This document shows positions 20,619-29,555 of a DNA stretch of 64,000 nt, piece after piece; within the stretch, counting starts at the first letter, position 1, and every line of letters starts with the position of its first letter. The notes under the pieces were generated by a model. It saw only the letters and a list, made by a program, of their open reading frames with translations. It was not told the DNA's origin and ran no database searches. The DNA comes from a virus. Its lineage: Duplodnaviria > Caudoviricetes. A program made the translations under genes and the position numbers. The DNA lies in the IMG/VR virus record IMGVR_UViG_3300029305_005724, positions 32,001-96,000 of that record. One strand, given 5' to 3'.

Positions 20619-20960
20619 ATGCAGATTAAAGAACCGCTGATAGAACCAATGATTTATCACGGTCCAGGTGGCTGCCCAAAGTGCAGCGGACCAATTACTG
20701 TAGCTGATAGCGAACTTACTATCATGGACTTAAACCAAGATGGTGATCCTATTAGTTCAGAAACGACAATCCGCTGCATGGGTTGCTGCATGCACTGTGG
20801 CAACAAAATTCCTATGATGAGATTTAAAGGTTCCTATATTCCATATAGTGAATCTTCGAAAATCATCAGAACCATGGAATTCAAAGATGAAATGGCTCAG
20901 CGAATAGCTGAAATCAATAAAAATTCTAATGGCAAAAATCCATTTGCCATAGAATCGTAG
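20619..20960 (+). CDS. Zn-ribbon protein
   Basis: CPKC...CMHC; N-terminal LIEPMIY motif. Confidence 0.75.
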   Translation: MQIKEPLIEPMIYHGPGGCPKCSGPITVADSELTIMDLNQDGDPISSETTIRCMGCCMHCGNKIPMMRFKGSYIPYSESSKIIRTMEFKDEMAQRIAEINKNSNGKNPFAIES

Positions 20961-20969
20961 GAGGAAAAC

Positions 20970-21605
20970 ATGTTAAATATTTATGGGAAGTTAAAATTCC
21001 ATTACGACAACTTGTTAACACGTCCTGCACCACCTCAGAATACTTTTGATAGCATTAGAACTGTATATGAAGAAGCTTTTGATATTAAAATTCCGAGGTA
21101 TGACGTTTATAGATCCAAAATAGAAGTTGACAACTGTCCAATATCGGACATTGTTACTTTAGTTGGGCCTAAAGAAAAAGATACAAGAAAACTTCCAAGT
21201 GGTGTCATTACTTGCCACAATTCAATTGTATATGTCGATATAATTGATGAAAGATTTCTTGATATTGGCTCTAATGAAGAAGCAGATGAATATATTAAGC
21301 ATGTTTATAACGTGATTAATGAAATAATCTCTTATGATCATATGAGCATGAGTGTAACAAAGGCAGCAAAAAATCCGCATGGAATGCTGTTAAAAATGTT
21401 ACCATTTTATTATACTTTGCATCATGCATGCTCGATTTTTCCAGCTTATGTTAATGAGGAGTTGTTTATAGAAATTCTTCTAAATAATAAGCTAGTCAAA
21501 TCTAAAAATGAAGCCGAAACGGTTATCAATCAGGTCGTTATGAATGCATTTTCTGATATTCCGCCTATTATATATTCGCTTATCAGAATGCATATGAGTG
21601 AGTGA
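20970..21605 (+). CDS. Hypothetical protein
   Basis: RBS ggagg; operonic position. Confidence 0.75.
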   Translation: MLNIYGKLKFHYDNLLTRPAPPQNTFDSIRTVYEEAFDIKIPRYDVYRSKIEVDNCPISDIVTLVGPKEKDTRKLPSGVITCHNSIVYVDIIDERFLDIGSNEEADEYIKHVYNVINEIISYDHMSMSVTKAAKNPHGMLLKMLPFYYTLHHACSIFPAYVNEELFIEILLNNKLVKSKNEAETVINQVVMNAFSDIPPIIYSLIRMHMSE

Positions 21606-21610
21606 TAATT

Positions 21611-21943
21611 ATGGCATTCTCATTTGAACAAGAACCGCGCTCAAATCCGGAAGGGCTTATTGATCCTTTTATAATTACCGAGCGTTATGATATCTGCCCT
21701 AAATGCAGAGCTCAAAGAGTCGAACTTTATAGCTTCAATAATATACCTCAAAATTATAGCGATGCTGTTAATGCATATCTTAGAGGATATGAGGTAAATT
21801 ATAATAAATACGAAATTCATATGATGAAATGTAAATCATGTAATCATGAATTTGTAATAGATTGGACTATGGGGTTTCCAGTTCCATTGAAAAATAGCTA
21901 TAGAACAAATAGATTCTTTTCTGAATTTGTACGAGGGTACTAA
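21611..21943 (+). CDS. Zn-ribbon protein
   Basis: CPKC...CKSC; N-terminal LIDPFII motif; terminator at about 21946-21985. Confidence 0.75.
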   Translation: MAFSFEQEPRSNPEGLIDPFIITERYDICPKCRAQRVELYSFNNIPQNYSDAVNAYLRGYEVNYNKYEIHMMKCKSCNHEFVIDWTMGFPVPLKNSYRTNRFFSEFVRGY

Positions 21944-22066
21944 GAATACTGCTACTTCCTGTAGGAGTAGCAGTATTTATTTTTGTCATAAGAGTTTATT
22001 TTTATACAAATATAGACTCTTCAACAACATAATAAGACAATATCGAATGATATGGAGGTGTTTTTA

Positions 22067-24781
22067 ATGAAATTCGCATCTATATATCTTTCAAATTATA
22101 TAGGAATTTATAATGGTATGGGTTTATATGAAATCCATATCGATATGAGTAAGTGTAAAAATCGTATAACCATTATACGTGGTGATAATGGATCCGGAAA
22201 ATCTACACTATCAAAGGCAATGAGCCTTTTCCCAGATCCTACAGATTCATTTATTCCTGGAATGCCGGCTAGAAAAGAGATAGTTCTTGTTGATGGAACT
22301 ACTCTTTATAAACTTTCTTTTGTTCACGGTGTAACAAAAAATGGTGATAGAGAGCCAACAAAAGCATACATTACCAAAACATTTGGTGATCAAATTATTG
22401 AATTAAATGAGAATGGTAATGTAACCTCATTTAAAGATATTCTTTATTCTGAGCTTGGACTTGATGCTAATTTTGCAGCTCTATCTCAATTAAGTAACGA
22501 TGATAGAGGTTTAGCAGATAAACGTCCTGCTGACAGAAAAAGATTTGTAAATTCTATTATTTCATCTTTAGATGTGTATAATGGTATTTATAAAACTTTA
22601 ACAAAAAGGTCTTCAAATTATAAATCTATGATAAATGCTGTTGTTGGAAAACTTAATGTATTGGGTGACGAAAATTCGCTTAATGCAAATTTAGAAGCTC
22701 TTGAAGAAAAAATAAATGAGTTTCAAAATAGAAAAGATGCTGCAGTTGCTGCTCTTGCAAAAGAGCAATCAACGATACAGCTTCTTGATCCTGATGGCTC
22801 AATTCAAAATGCTAATGCTTTAGTTATTGCGGAGCTTGAATTAGCTGAAAAAGATGCGCGCCAGATTCAGTCTATTATAGATGGACTTGTCATAGATAAT
22901 GGTATTAAAGTATCTGATTATTATAAAGGATATAAAATAACTGTGGATAACAAGAATTCATTAATTATAGAAAACCAAATTGCTAGAAATAGTATCGAGT
23001 CTTTGATGCGGCAAAAAGAGCAAGAAGCTGAAGAGCTCTCTGGAAAGATCCAAAAACTTAATTCTTTACAGAGCGGTTATAAATATGAGACTCTAAAATC
23101 TAAAGTAGATGAGTATGCAAAAGAACTTGGCACTATTGAAGCAACGTTTAGAGAAATTGGAATTCTAGATATGAATTCTATAAATAAAGAAGAGTATATT
23201 CTTGCGCTAGAGACCTTAAAAGATCTAGATATGTATATTTCTTCTTTTAAAGATTCTGTAAGATTAGAAGTATTAGAATCTATTGTAAATGAATATATGC
23301 AAACTGGAATTATTCCAGAAAGAAAGAATCCTGCTATGATTAGTCGCGAAATTAAGAATGCAGAAAATGAAATCGATGGCTGCAATCTTGAAAAAGCGGC
23401 TATTAATTCTAGAATTGGTTTGCTCGATAAATTAAAACTCAGACCTGAAGGATGTGTTGATAATACTTGTCCATTTATAAAAGATGCATTAGAATTTTCT
23501 GCTGGAAATCCTAAAGATCGATTAGATAGTCTTGATGCTCTTATATATTCATTAAAAGGATTTATTAATATAGAGAATGAAAAGCTTACAGATGTAGAAG
23601 AGTATAATAATGCAATAAATCAATTTGCTATTATTGTACGAGAAATTGATAAGAATGGGGCTGTACTGTCCAAGATGCCAGAAGGAGAAATGTTTAAAAA
23701 TAAATCTATCTTCTTTAGTCGACTTATTCAAGGTTATAGTTTTGAGTACATGCGTCATATTTATAAATATATTGATATGGCTAATCTATTCGATACCTAT
23801 AAACAATATAAAACTATTTATGATAGTTATAATGAAGAGCTTAAATCTTATGAAGGAAAAGTTGAAATCATTATTGCATTAAATGAAGATATTGATAATA
23901 TCAATAAAACTATTAACGCTATAATGGACAAGATAGATCCTATAAATAAAGAAATTCTTGAAAGAGAAATAAAGATAGCTCAACTTCAAGAGCTAGAAGG
24001 TGTCTATAATGCTATTATAATTCAATTAGAAAAGAAAGCCCCTATTGAAGCTAAAATAGCGGATTGTCGTTCTAAACTTCTAGATAATAATAGAAAAATG
24101 AATGACATTAATTCTGCATTAGCAAGAGCGGAAACAGCAAAAGAAAGTATTAATCAATGTAACTTTGCTTTAGCTCCTCTCATGAAAGAAAGAGATAAGG
24201 TATCGCATTCTGTACAAATGATGAAAGATTATCTTACTGAAAAAGAAGAACTACAAGCAAATTATGACTTTATAGAAACCATTAAATACTACTCGTCTCC
24301 TACAACAGGAATACAATTGGTATTTATGGAACTTTATATGGGTAAAATCATTGCATTAGCTAATGAACTATTGTCATTACTATTTAATGGGCAATTTAAA
24401 ATTCAGCCGTTTGTTATTAATGAATCCGAATTTAGAATACCTTGTTTAGGAAATGGATATTTAAATGATGATATATCCTCTATGAGTAGTTCTCAGATTG
24501 GTATGATATCTATGATTCTTAGTTTTGCATTATTGCATCATTCTAGTTCTAAATATAATATTATTAAGCTTGATGAGATTGATGGTCCTTTAGACTATAA
24601 CAATCGTATGTATTTTACAGAAGTTCTTAATAGTATAATGGATATTATGGGAACAGAACAATGCATAATGATTTCTCATAACTCAGAACTTCAAATTGAT
24701 AATTCCGATGTAATCCTTCTCAGACATGATGAAAATAATATGGATTATGAAAGAGGAAATGTTATTTGGAGATTTCAGTAA
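22067..24781 (+). CDS. sbcC: SbcC/Rad50-like SMC ATPase
   Basis: Walker A GDNGSGKS, long coiled coils, central CxxxxCPF hook-like motif, signature MSSSQ, Walker B/D-loop IKLDEIDGPLD and ISH. Confidence 0.9.
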   Translation: MKFASIYLSNYIGIYNGMGLYEIHIDMSKCKNRITIIRGDNGSGKSTLSKAMSLFPDPTDSFIPGMPARKEIVLVDGTTLYKLSFVHGVTKNGDREPTKAYITKTFGDQIIELNENGNVTSFKDILYSELGLDANFAALSQLSNDDRGLADKRPADRKRFVNSIISSLDVYNGIYKTLTKRSSNYKSMINAVVGKLNVLGDENSLNANLEALEEKINEFQNRKDAAVAALAKEQSTIQLLDPDGSIQNANALVIAELELAEKDARQIQSIIDGLVIDNGIKVSDYYKGYKITVDNKNSLIIENQIARNSIESLMRQKEQEAEELSGKIQKLNSLQSGYKYETLKSKVDEYAKELGTIEATFREIGILDMNSINKEEYILALETLKDLDMYISSFKDSVRLEVLESIVNEYMQTGIIPERKNPAMISREIKNAENEIDGCNLEKAAINSRIGLLDKLKLRPEGCVDNTCPFIKDALEFSAGNPKDRLDSLDALIYSLKGFINIENEKLTDVEEYNNAINQFAIIVREIDKNGAVLSKMPEGEMFKNKSIFFSRLIQGYSFEYMRHIYKYIDMANLFDTYKQYKTIYDSYNEELKSYEGKVEIIIALNEDIDNINKTINAIMDKIDPINKEILEREIKIAQLQELEGVYNAIIIQLEKKAPIEAKIADCRSKLLDNNRKMNDINSALARAETAKESINQCNFALAPLMKERDKVSHSVQMMKDYLTEKEELQANYDFIETIKYYSSPTTGIQLVFMELYMGKIIALANELLSLLFNGQFKIQPFVINESEFRIPCLGNGYLNDDISSMSSSQIGMISMILSFALLHHSSSKYNIIKLDEIDGPLDYNNRMYFTEVLNSIMDIMGTEQCIMISHNSELQIDNSDVILLRHDENNMDYERGNVIWRFQ

Positions 24782-24848
24782 ATATTAAAGGCATGGATAT
24801 ACTCCATGCCTTTATTTTTTTTACTTATGACAATTATAACAAAATATT

Positions 24849-25252
24849 AATCAGGCTTGCGTATTGGAGTTCGCCGTGGGCGCGCAGTTGGGTTCTTTTT
24901 CATTTTGTTTCCTTTCGGGTGAAAGTTTTCCATATATACCTCTGAAGTGTTTTTACGTTTTTGCCATGCGTTGAAACTCCATTTTTTATATATCCTTTGT
25001 GAAATTTTTGCAAATCATAAAAAACTCCGTTTTTTAATATTTCTCCATACGCATTCTTTTTATCAGCCTGATTACTTACTAAGATAATAGGTCATCTGAG
25101 TCTGTCGATCTTCCTAGTCTTAGTTTGTATAATCCAAAGATCGCCAGGACGCAGCGAACCTTCAATTTTCCATTTGATTGGGGGAGGGGCGTCAATATAT
25201 CATACAAAAAATGGATACAGCAGCATCTAAGAATAGATGCTGCTGTACGCTT
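24849..25252 (+). ncRNA. Candidate structured RNA carrying five tandem antisense RBS+ATG modules
   Basis: Late promoter with +1 at 24849. Closing stems taatcaggct/agcctgatta and tgcgta(t)tggag/ctccatacgca. CAT-N5-11-(CCTTT/CCTC/CTCC) five times. Further hairpins and a terminator at about 25216-25247. Confidence 0.6.
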
Positions 25253-26212
25253 TTAATATTCATTAATCGGAACATTTCCACCTTCCATAACAAGAGGCCA
25301 AACTTGATTGATATTTCTATTTCTGGCAATACCAGCATGAATATCAATAGTAGTATCTTCAAGTAGGAATGCATCAGGCCTCGGATAGTTAGGAATGCTT
25401 GCCCCAGTACTTCTATCAATTACATCGAAATATCTTTGACCCGTGGCCTGGTTGTATTTAACAACAACCTGTATATTAGGATTCGATTCCATCCTCATTC
25501 TATTTTGTTCAGGGGTAAGTGCGGAACCACCTCCAATATTACTAGCAATCATTTCGACAGGAGCCACTCCAGGATTCTGTGAATTTACTCCGATAGTAAT
25601 ATCCTGAATAGAAGGAACGGCAGGGGTATAACTTCCAACAGGAGTGTTGACAAACGATGAATACATATCCATAATACGCATATCATCATTTTCATTTTGC
25701 TTATCAAGTTTAAGAGCTTTCATTCTATTAAGCTCAAGATTATGAGCCTGAGTAATTGTAGAATTAAGCTCTTTAATAGCAGAGATCTTTGTAGTAATAA
25801 GAGAGCTTGCTGATGCTGTAAGATTAGTAAGATACGTGAATTTATTCTTTAGTGTTTTACTAGAACGAACAGAATCAATATCCTGCTTAATTTCTGCATT
25901 AAGTTCATCTGCCTGAGCAATTGCTCCACGAATAAGAGCATTTGTTTCAGCATAAGATTTAGCATAATCAACTTCAACAACAGAAGTTGGTCCTTGAGGA
26001 GCTGGCTCGGAATCAACTCTTCCATCTATATTGAGTTTGGCTTTAACACGAGGATTAGACTTCTTTTTGTCATCTCCAGGCTTATTTCCTGAATCGATTT
26101 TTGAAGCATCATCACTATAGAAGAATCCGAAATCGACTCCTATTCCAGAGTCTTCTTTGTTTGCTGTCGTGTTGGTATCATTCATGATAAAGGGATCAAT
26201 TAATTGTCTCAT
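25253..26212 (-). CDS. Hypothetical protein with central coiled coil
   Basis: Start at MRQLIDPF after ggagg; N-terminal LIDPFIM motif. Confidence 0.8.
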   Translation of the reverse strand: MRQLIDPFIMNDTNTTANKEDSGIGVDFGFFYSDDASKIDSGNKPGDDKKKSNPRVKAKLNIDGRVDSEPAPQGPTSVVEVDYAKSYAETNALIRGAIAQADELNAEIKQDIDSVRSSKTLKNKFTYLTNLTASASSLITTKISAIKELNSTITQAHNLELNRMKALKLDKQNENDDMRIMDMYSSFVNTPVGSYTPAVPSIQDITIGVNSQNPGVAPVEMIASNIGGGSALTPEQNRMRMESNPNIQVVVKYNQATGQRYFDVIDRSTGASIPNYPRPDAFLLEDTTIDIHAGIARNRNINQVWPLVMEGGNVPINEY

Positions 26213-26226
26213 TTTACTTTCCTCCA

Positions 26227-26465
26227 TTACTTTGATTTATTAAATGTGCATAGCATATAAACCCAGTAGCATATGCTTATTGGTAAAAATCCTATATTAG
26301 CAACTATAGCAAAAACCAAGATCCTAGCAAATTAGTACTTCCTTCTTCATATATTATTATAGGATTCAATACTTCACTTGCAGTTACATGCTGTGTTACA
26401 AGAATCCAAAAGAATGAAGTTAGTATATAAAATGCTATTGTAAAAGAAATAAAAACTTCAGCCAT
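26227..26465 (-). pseudogene. Small membrane protein gene with a 1-nt frameshift near 26310
   Basis: MAEVFISF...LLGSWF continues in a shifted frame as AIVANIGFLPISICYWVYMLCTFNKSK*, ending beside the next RBS. The break is at a T5 run. Late promoter at 26487-98. Confidence 0.6.
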
Positions 26466-26533
26466 CTTTTTCCTCCATTTTATATTTATCAAAATGTTCT
26501 AGTAATAAATAATAACGAGATAAACATAAAAAT

Positions 26534-26649
26534 AAATGCACTGATTTGCTCAAAGGGCATTTATATTTTCCTTTTATTTTTGTATGTACTAAGAATGGTA
26601 ACTCCTAAAGACGAGGCATGTACTCTTGTAGTACATGCCTTTGTTTTTT
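26534..26649 (+). ncRNA. Candidate small RNA with one antisense RBS+ATG module
   Basis: Promoter AACA-N6-TA at 26523-34; gggCAT-ttatatttt-CCTTTT; terminator at 26614-26649 with no + strand gene upstream to explain it. Confidence 0.55.
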
Positions 26650-26727
26650 CTCAAATAAAAGGATAAGTGTATATTATAATAGTGCCAAAAACAAAATATT
26701 AATTAAAAAGAATAGGAGGGCAATCCT

Positions 26728-28680
26728 ATGATTAAAGGACGACAACCTGGAGATAATATTACCTTAATGAATACAATGTTCTTTAGGAGAATGGATCCAA
26801 AAGATGAGAAGTTTAAAGAATTCTTAGCTCTTATCTATAAGGATGCTGATACCGGAATAAAGTATATTGAGGAAAAAGTAGATCCTGATTATGAATATTA
26901 TATGATTAATCCTGATAAAAGGGTTGATTATAATAGATTATTTGTTTCGGCTGATGATGTAGAAGCCGTTCAAGTTCCTTATAAAGAACTTGAAAAAGAT
27001 ATTGCAAAACGTGTTGGTTGCCTTGATTATTTTTATGAAAATATTAAAAATGGTAACCGTACAGAAAATAGAAAAATACATCAGCACCCGGATGTATTTA
27101 ATAGTGATATGAATATTGAAGATCACTATAGATTTAGATTCGATAAAATGTATAAAAATGATACAGTTCCGATTACTAAATCTTTCTTCGATATTGAGGT
27201 TGATTCCATTAATATGGTAGGCGATTTCCCAGAGCCTGGAGAATGCCCAGTTAATGCCATCACATTAATACTGCAAGAACAGCAGCAGGTCTATACGTTC
27301 TTGCTTAGAAATAAGGCCAATCCTTTAATTGCAGAATTTGAAAATTCTGTATTAGACGGATCCATCTTTCCCGAACTTGAAGCATTTGTAGTAAATGCTG
27401 TAGGCGGACCGGAGATGGCTGCGAAATATAATATTAATTTCAAATATAACTTTCTTTTTTATGATGAAGACGATGAAATTAATCTCATCAAGGACTTATT
27501 TAATGCCTTAAACAATTTTAAACCAGACTTTGTATTGGCATGGAATATGGGATTCGACGTTCCATACCTTATTGCAAGATGCCAAAAGCTCGGATATGCT
27601 CCTGAAGATATTATGTGTCATCCTGATTTTAAGAATAAAATTGCACAATATTTTGTAGATGAAAGAATGAAAAGTGAATTCGCAGAACGTGGAGACTTTG
27701 CTTTAATCTCATCATATTCCGTATTCCTAGATCAGATGATACAATTCGCTTCTAGACGTAAAGGACAAAGTAGATTTATCTCATTTACACTTGACTTTAT
27801 TGGTGAAGCCGTAGCTAAAGTACGAAAACTTGATTATAAGCATATTACTACAAACATTGCTGAGCTTCCGTATAAAGATTATAAAACATTCGTGTTCTAT
27901 AATATTATCGATACCATTGTTCAGCATTGCATTGAATGTATGACTGGTGATATTGATTATGTATTTGGAAAGTCTCTTCTTAATAATACCAGATATTCTA
28001 AAACTCATAGACAAACTGTCTATTTGACAAATAGAGGTTGTAAAGAATTTAGAAAAGAAGGATTTATAATTGGAAACAATGTCAATAAGTTTAATCCGCC
28101 ACCGACCGAAAAATTCCCAGGTGCTTATGTAGCGGATCCTACTAAATTGGATAATACAAGTAGGCTTACTATATTTGGAAGATTCGTAGATCTGTTTAAT
28201 AATCTAGATGACTTCGACTATGCAAGCCTTTATCCATCTATTCTTCGTCAGTTTAATATAGCAGCTCACACCCAAATTGGAAAGCTCCTGTTGCCCAATA
28301 AGGTTCATGATAAAGAGAATCCTGCGAATAGAGATGACTGGAGTAGAGCTGGAGCATTTATGGAAGATATGCAGTCTCAGGTTTGGCTAGAGGTCGCTTC
28401 TAGATGGTTTAGCCTAGCAGACTATACTAAACTATATTTTGAAGTTATAGAGTTCTTTAGAGAAATGGCTGTAGCTTTAAATGGAGTTCAGAAGTATACT
28501 AAAGATGGATTAATCATTCCAATGATTGATGTAATTGATATAACGAAAAATAGACTATACGAGCCTATGATATTTAATGATAGTCGTAGAGTTATTGATG
28601 AGCGCTATGTAGCGTATGATATTCAAAGATGGGAGGCATGGAGAAATGCTGCAATTACAAATCCAAACCAGCACTACTAA
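26728..28680 (+). CDS. Split family-B DNA polymerase, N-terminal subunit (3'-5' exonuclease + motif A)
   Basis: ExoI FFDIEVD, ExoII AWNMGFDVPY, ExoIII YNIIDT, FPGAYV and motif A DFDYASLYPSI. Lacks motifs B and C. Confidence 0.92.
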   Translation: MIKGRQPGDNITLMNTMFFRRMDPKDEKFKEFLALIYKDADTGIKYIEEKVDPDYEYYMINPDKRVDYNRLFVSADDVEAVQVPYKELEKDIAKRVGCLDYFYENIKNGNRTENRKIHQHPDVFNSDMNIEDHYRFRFDKMYKNDTVPITKSFFDIEVDSINMVGDFPEPGECPVNAITLILQEQQQVYTFLLRNKANPLIAEFENSVLDGSIFPELEAFVVNAVGGPEMAAKYNINFKYNFLFYDEDDEINLIKDLFNALNNFKPDFVLAWNMGFDVPYLIARCQKLGYAPEDIMCHPDFKNKIAQYFVDERMKSEFAERGDFALISSYSVFLDQMIQFASRRKGQSRFISFTLDFIGEAVAKVRKLDYKHITTNIAELPYKDYKTFVFYNIIDTIVQHCIECMTGDIDYVFGKSLLNNTRYSKTHRQTVYLTNRGCKEFRKEGFIIGNNVNKFNPPPTEKFPGAYVADPTKLDNTSRLTIFGRFVDLFNNLDDFDYASLYPSILRQFNIAAHTQIGKLLLPNKVHDKENPANRDDWSRAGAFMEDMQSQVWLEVASRWFSLADYTKLYFEVIEFFREMAVALNGVQKYTKDGLIIPMIDVIDITKNRLYEPMIFNDSRRVIDERYVAYDIQRWEAWRNAAITNPNQHY

Positions 28681-28681
28681 T

Positions 28682-29443
28682 ATGATTCCCATTAAAGATT
28701 TTCAGTATATATGCGATCTAGCAAAATGCAGTAAATGCAATTTATTTGTATTGCTTAAAGCTACAAATAAACTTTATGGAGCTAATGATGATTGCTGTTG
28801 TATACATGAAATCGATGTACCATTCTTGGTAGATACTGATTTAATATTTAGAATGGATGAAGTAGATAAAGAACTATTAGCTTCTTATAAAAATTTCTTT
28901 GTCCCAGACAGATTCAATTGGGTCATTCTACCAGACTATTATTGGGAAATGTACGTTTCTGGAGATCTGGTGACTAAGTATATTGATGAAAGATATTTTA
29001 TCATAGATCGCACAACAGGTCTCCCGATTCAACAAATTCAGATGTTTAGAAGCAATCCTGAATTCGATTTATCCAAAGCTGCTATTTTAAGACAGTTGGA
29101 GGGATATTTGCTAAGAATAAAACAACTATCATATCCAGAGTTCTTTACAAATGTAGAGCAAGATCCTAAGATCAGACAAGCATTTGATAGTAAAGCGGCT
29201 ATGGGAAGATTCCTATGCAACTTTAAAAATGAGAATATTAATGTACTATTCTATTTCTACAAAGGAATGTTTTCGTTGGCTAAAGCAGACACATTAGATC
29301 TTGAAATTCGCACAGATTTATATAATAGAAACTGTTTTATGGCAACATTCAAACCTAAAAAGAAAAAGAACCCATTAACGTTTAATACGTATGGAGTAGC
29401 TTTTCAAGAGAAAATCCATTGTATGTATATTAATATGGCTTAA
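28682..29443 (+). CDS. Hypothetical protein, candidate sliding clamp (PCNA-like pattern)
   Basis: 253 aa, starts 1 nt after the polymerase stop; helix/strand pattern at both ends is reminiscent of PCNA. The gene is solid, the function speculative. Confidence 0.4.
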   Translation: MIPIKDFQYICDLAKCSKCNLFVLLKATNKLYGANDDCCCIHEIDVPFLVDTDLIFRMDEVDKELLASYKNFFVPDRFNWVILPDYYWEMYVSGDLVTKYIDERYFIIDRTTGLPIQQIQMFRSNPEFDLSKAAILRQLEGYLLRIKQLSYPEFFTNVEQDPKIRQAFDSKAAMGRFLCNFKNENINVLFYFYKGMFSLAKADTLDLEIRTDLYNRNCFMATFKPKKKKNPLTFNTYGVAFQEKIHCMYINMA

Positions 29444-29555
29444 TCTAAACCCCTCTAGACCTTATATCTAGAGGGGTTTATTTTTTTTTATACAGCATTA
29501 GCTCAACATCTAAATAAGTTGAAATACGTCAAAATACTATAGCGAGGTGATATTT

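Noticed and set aside
25093-25115. Additional anti-RBS module (CAT...TTCCT)
   Set aside because: The 17-nt spacer is too long and the segment is paired in a hairpin.
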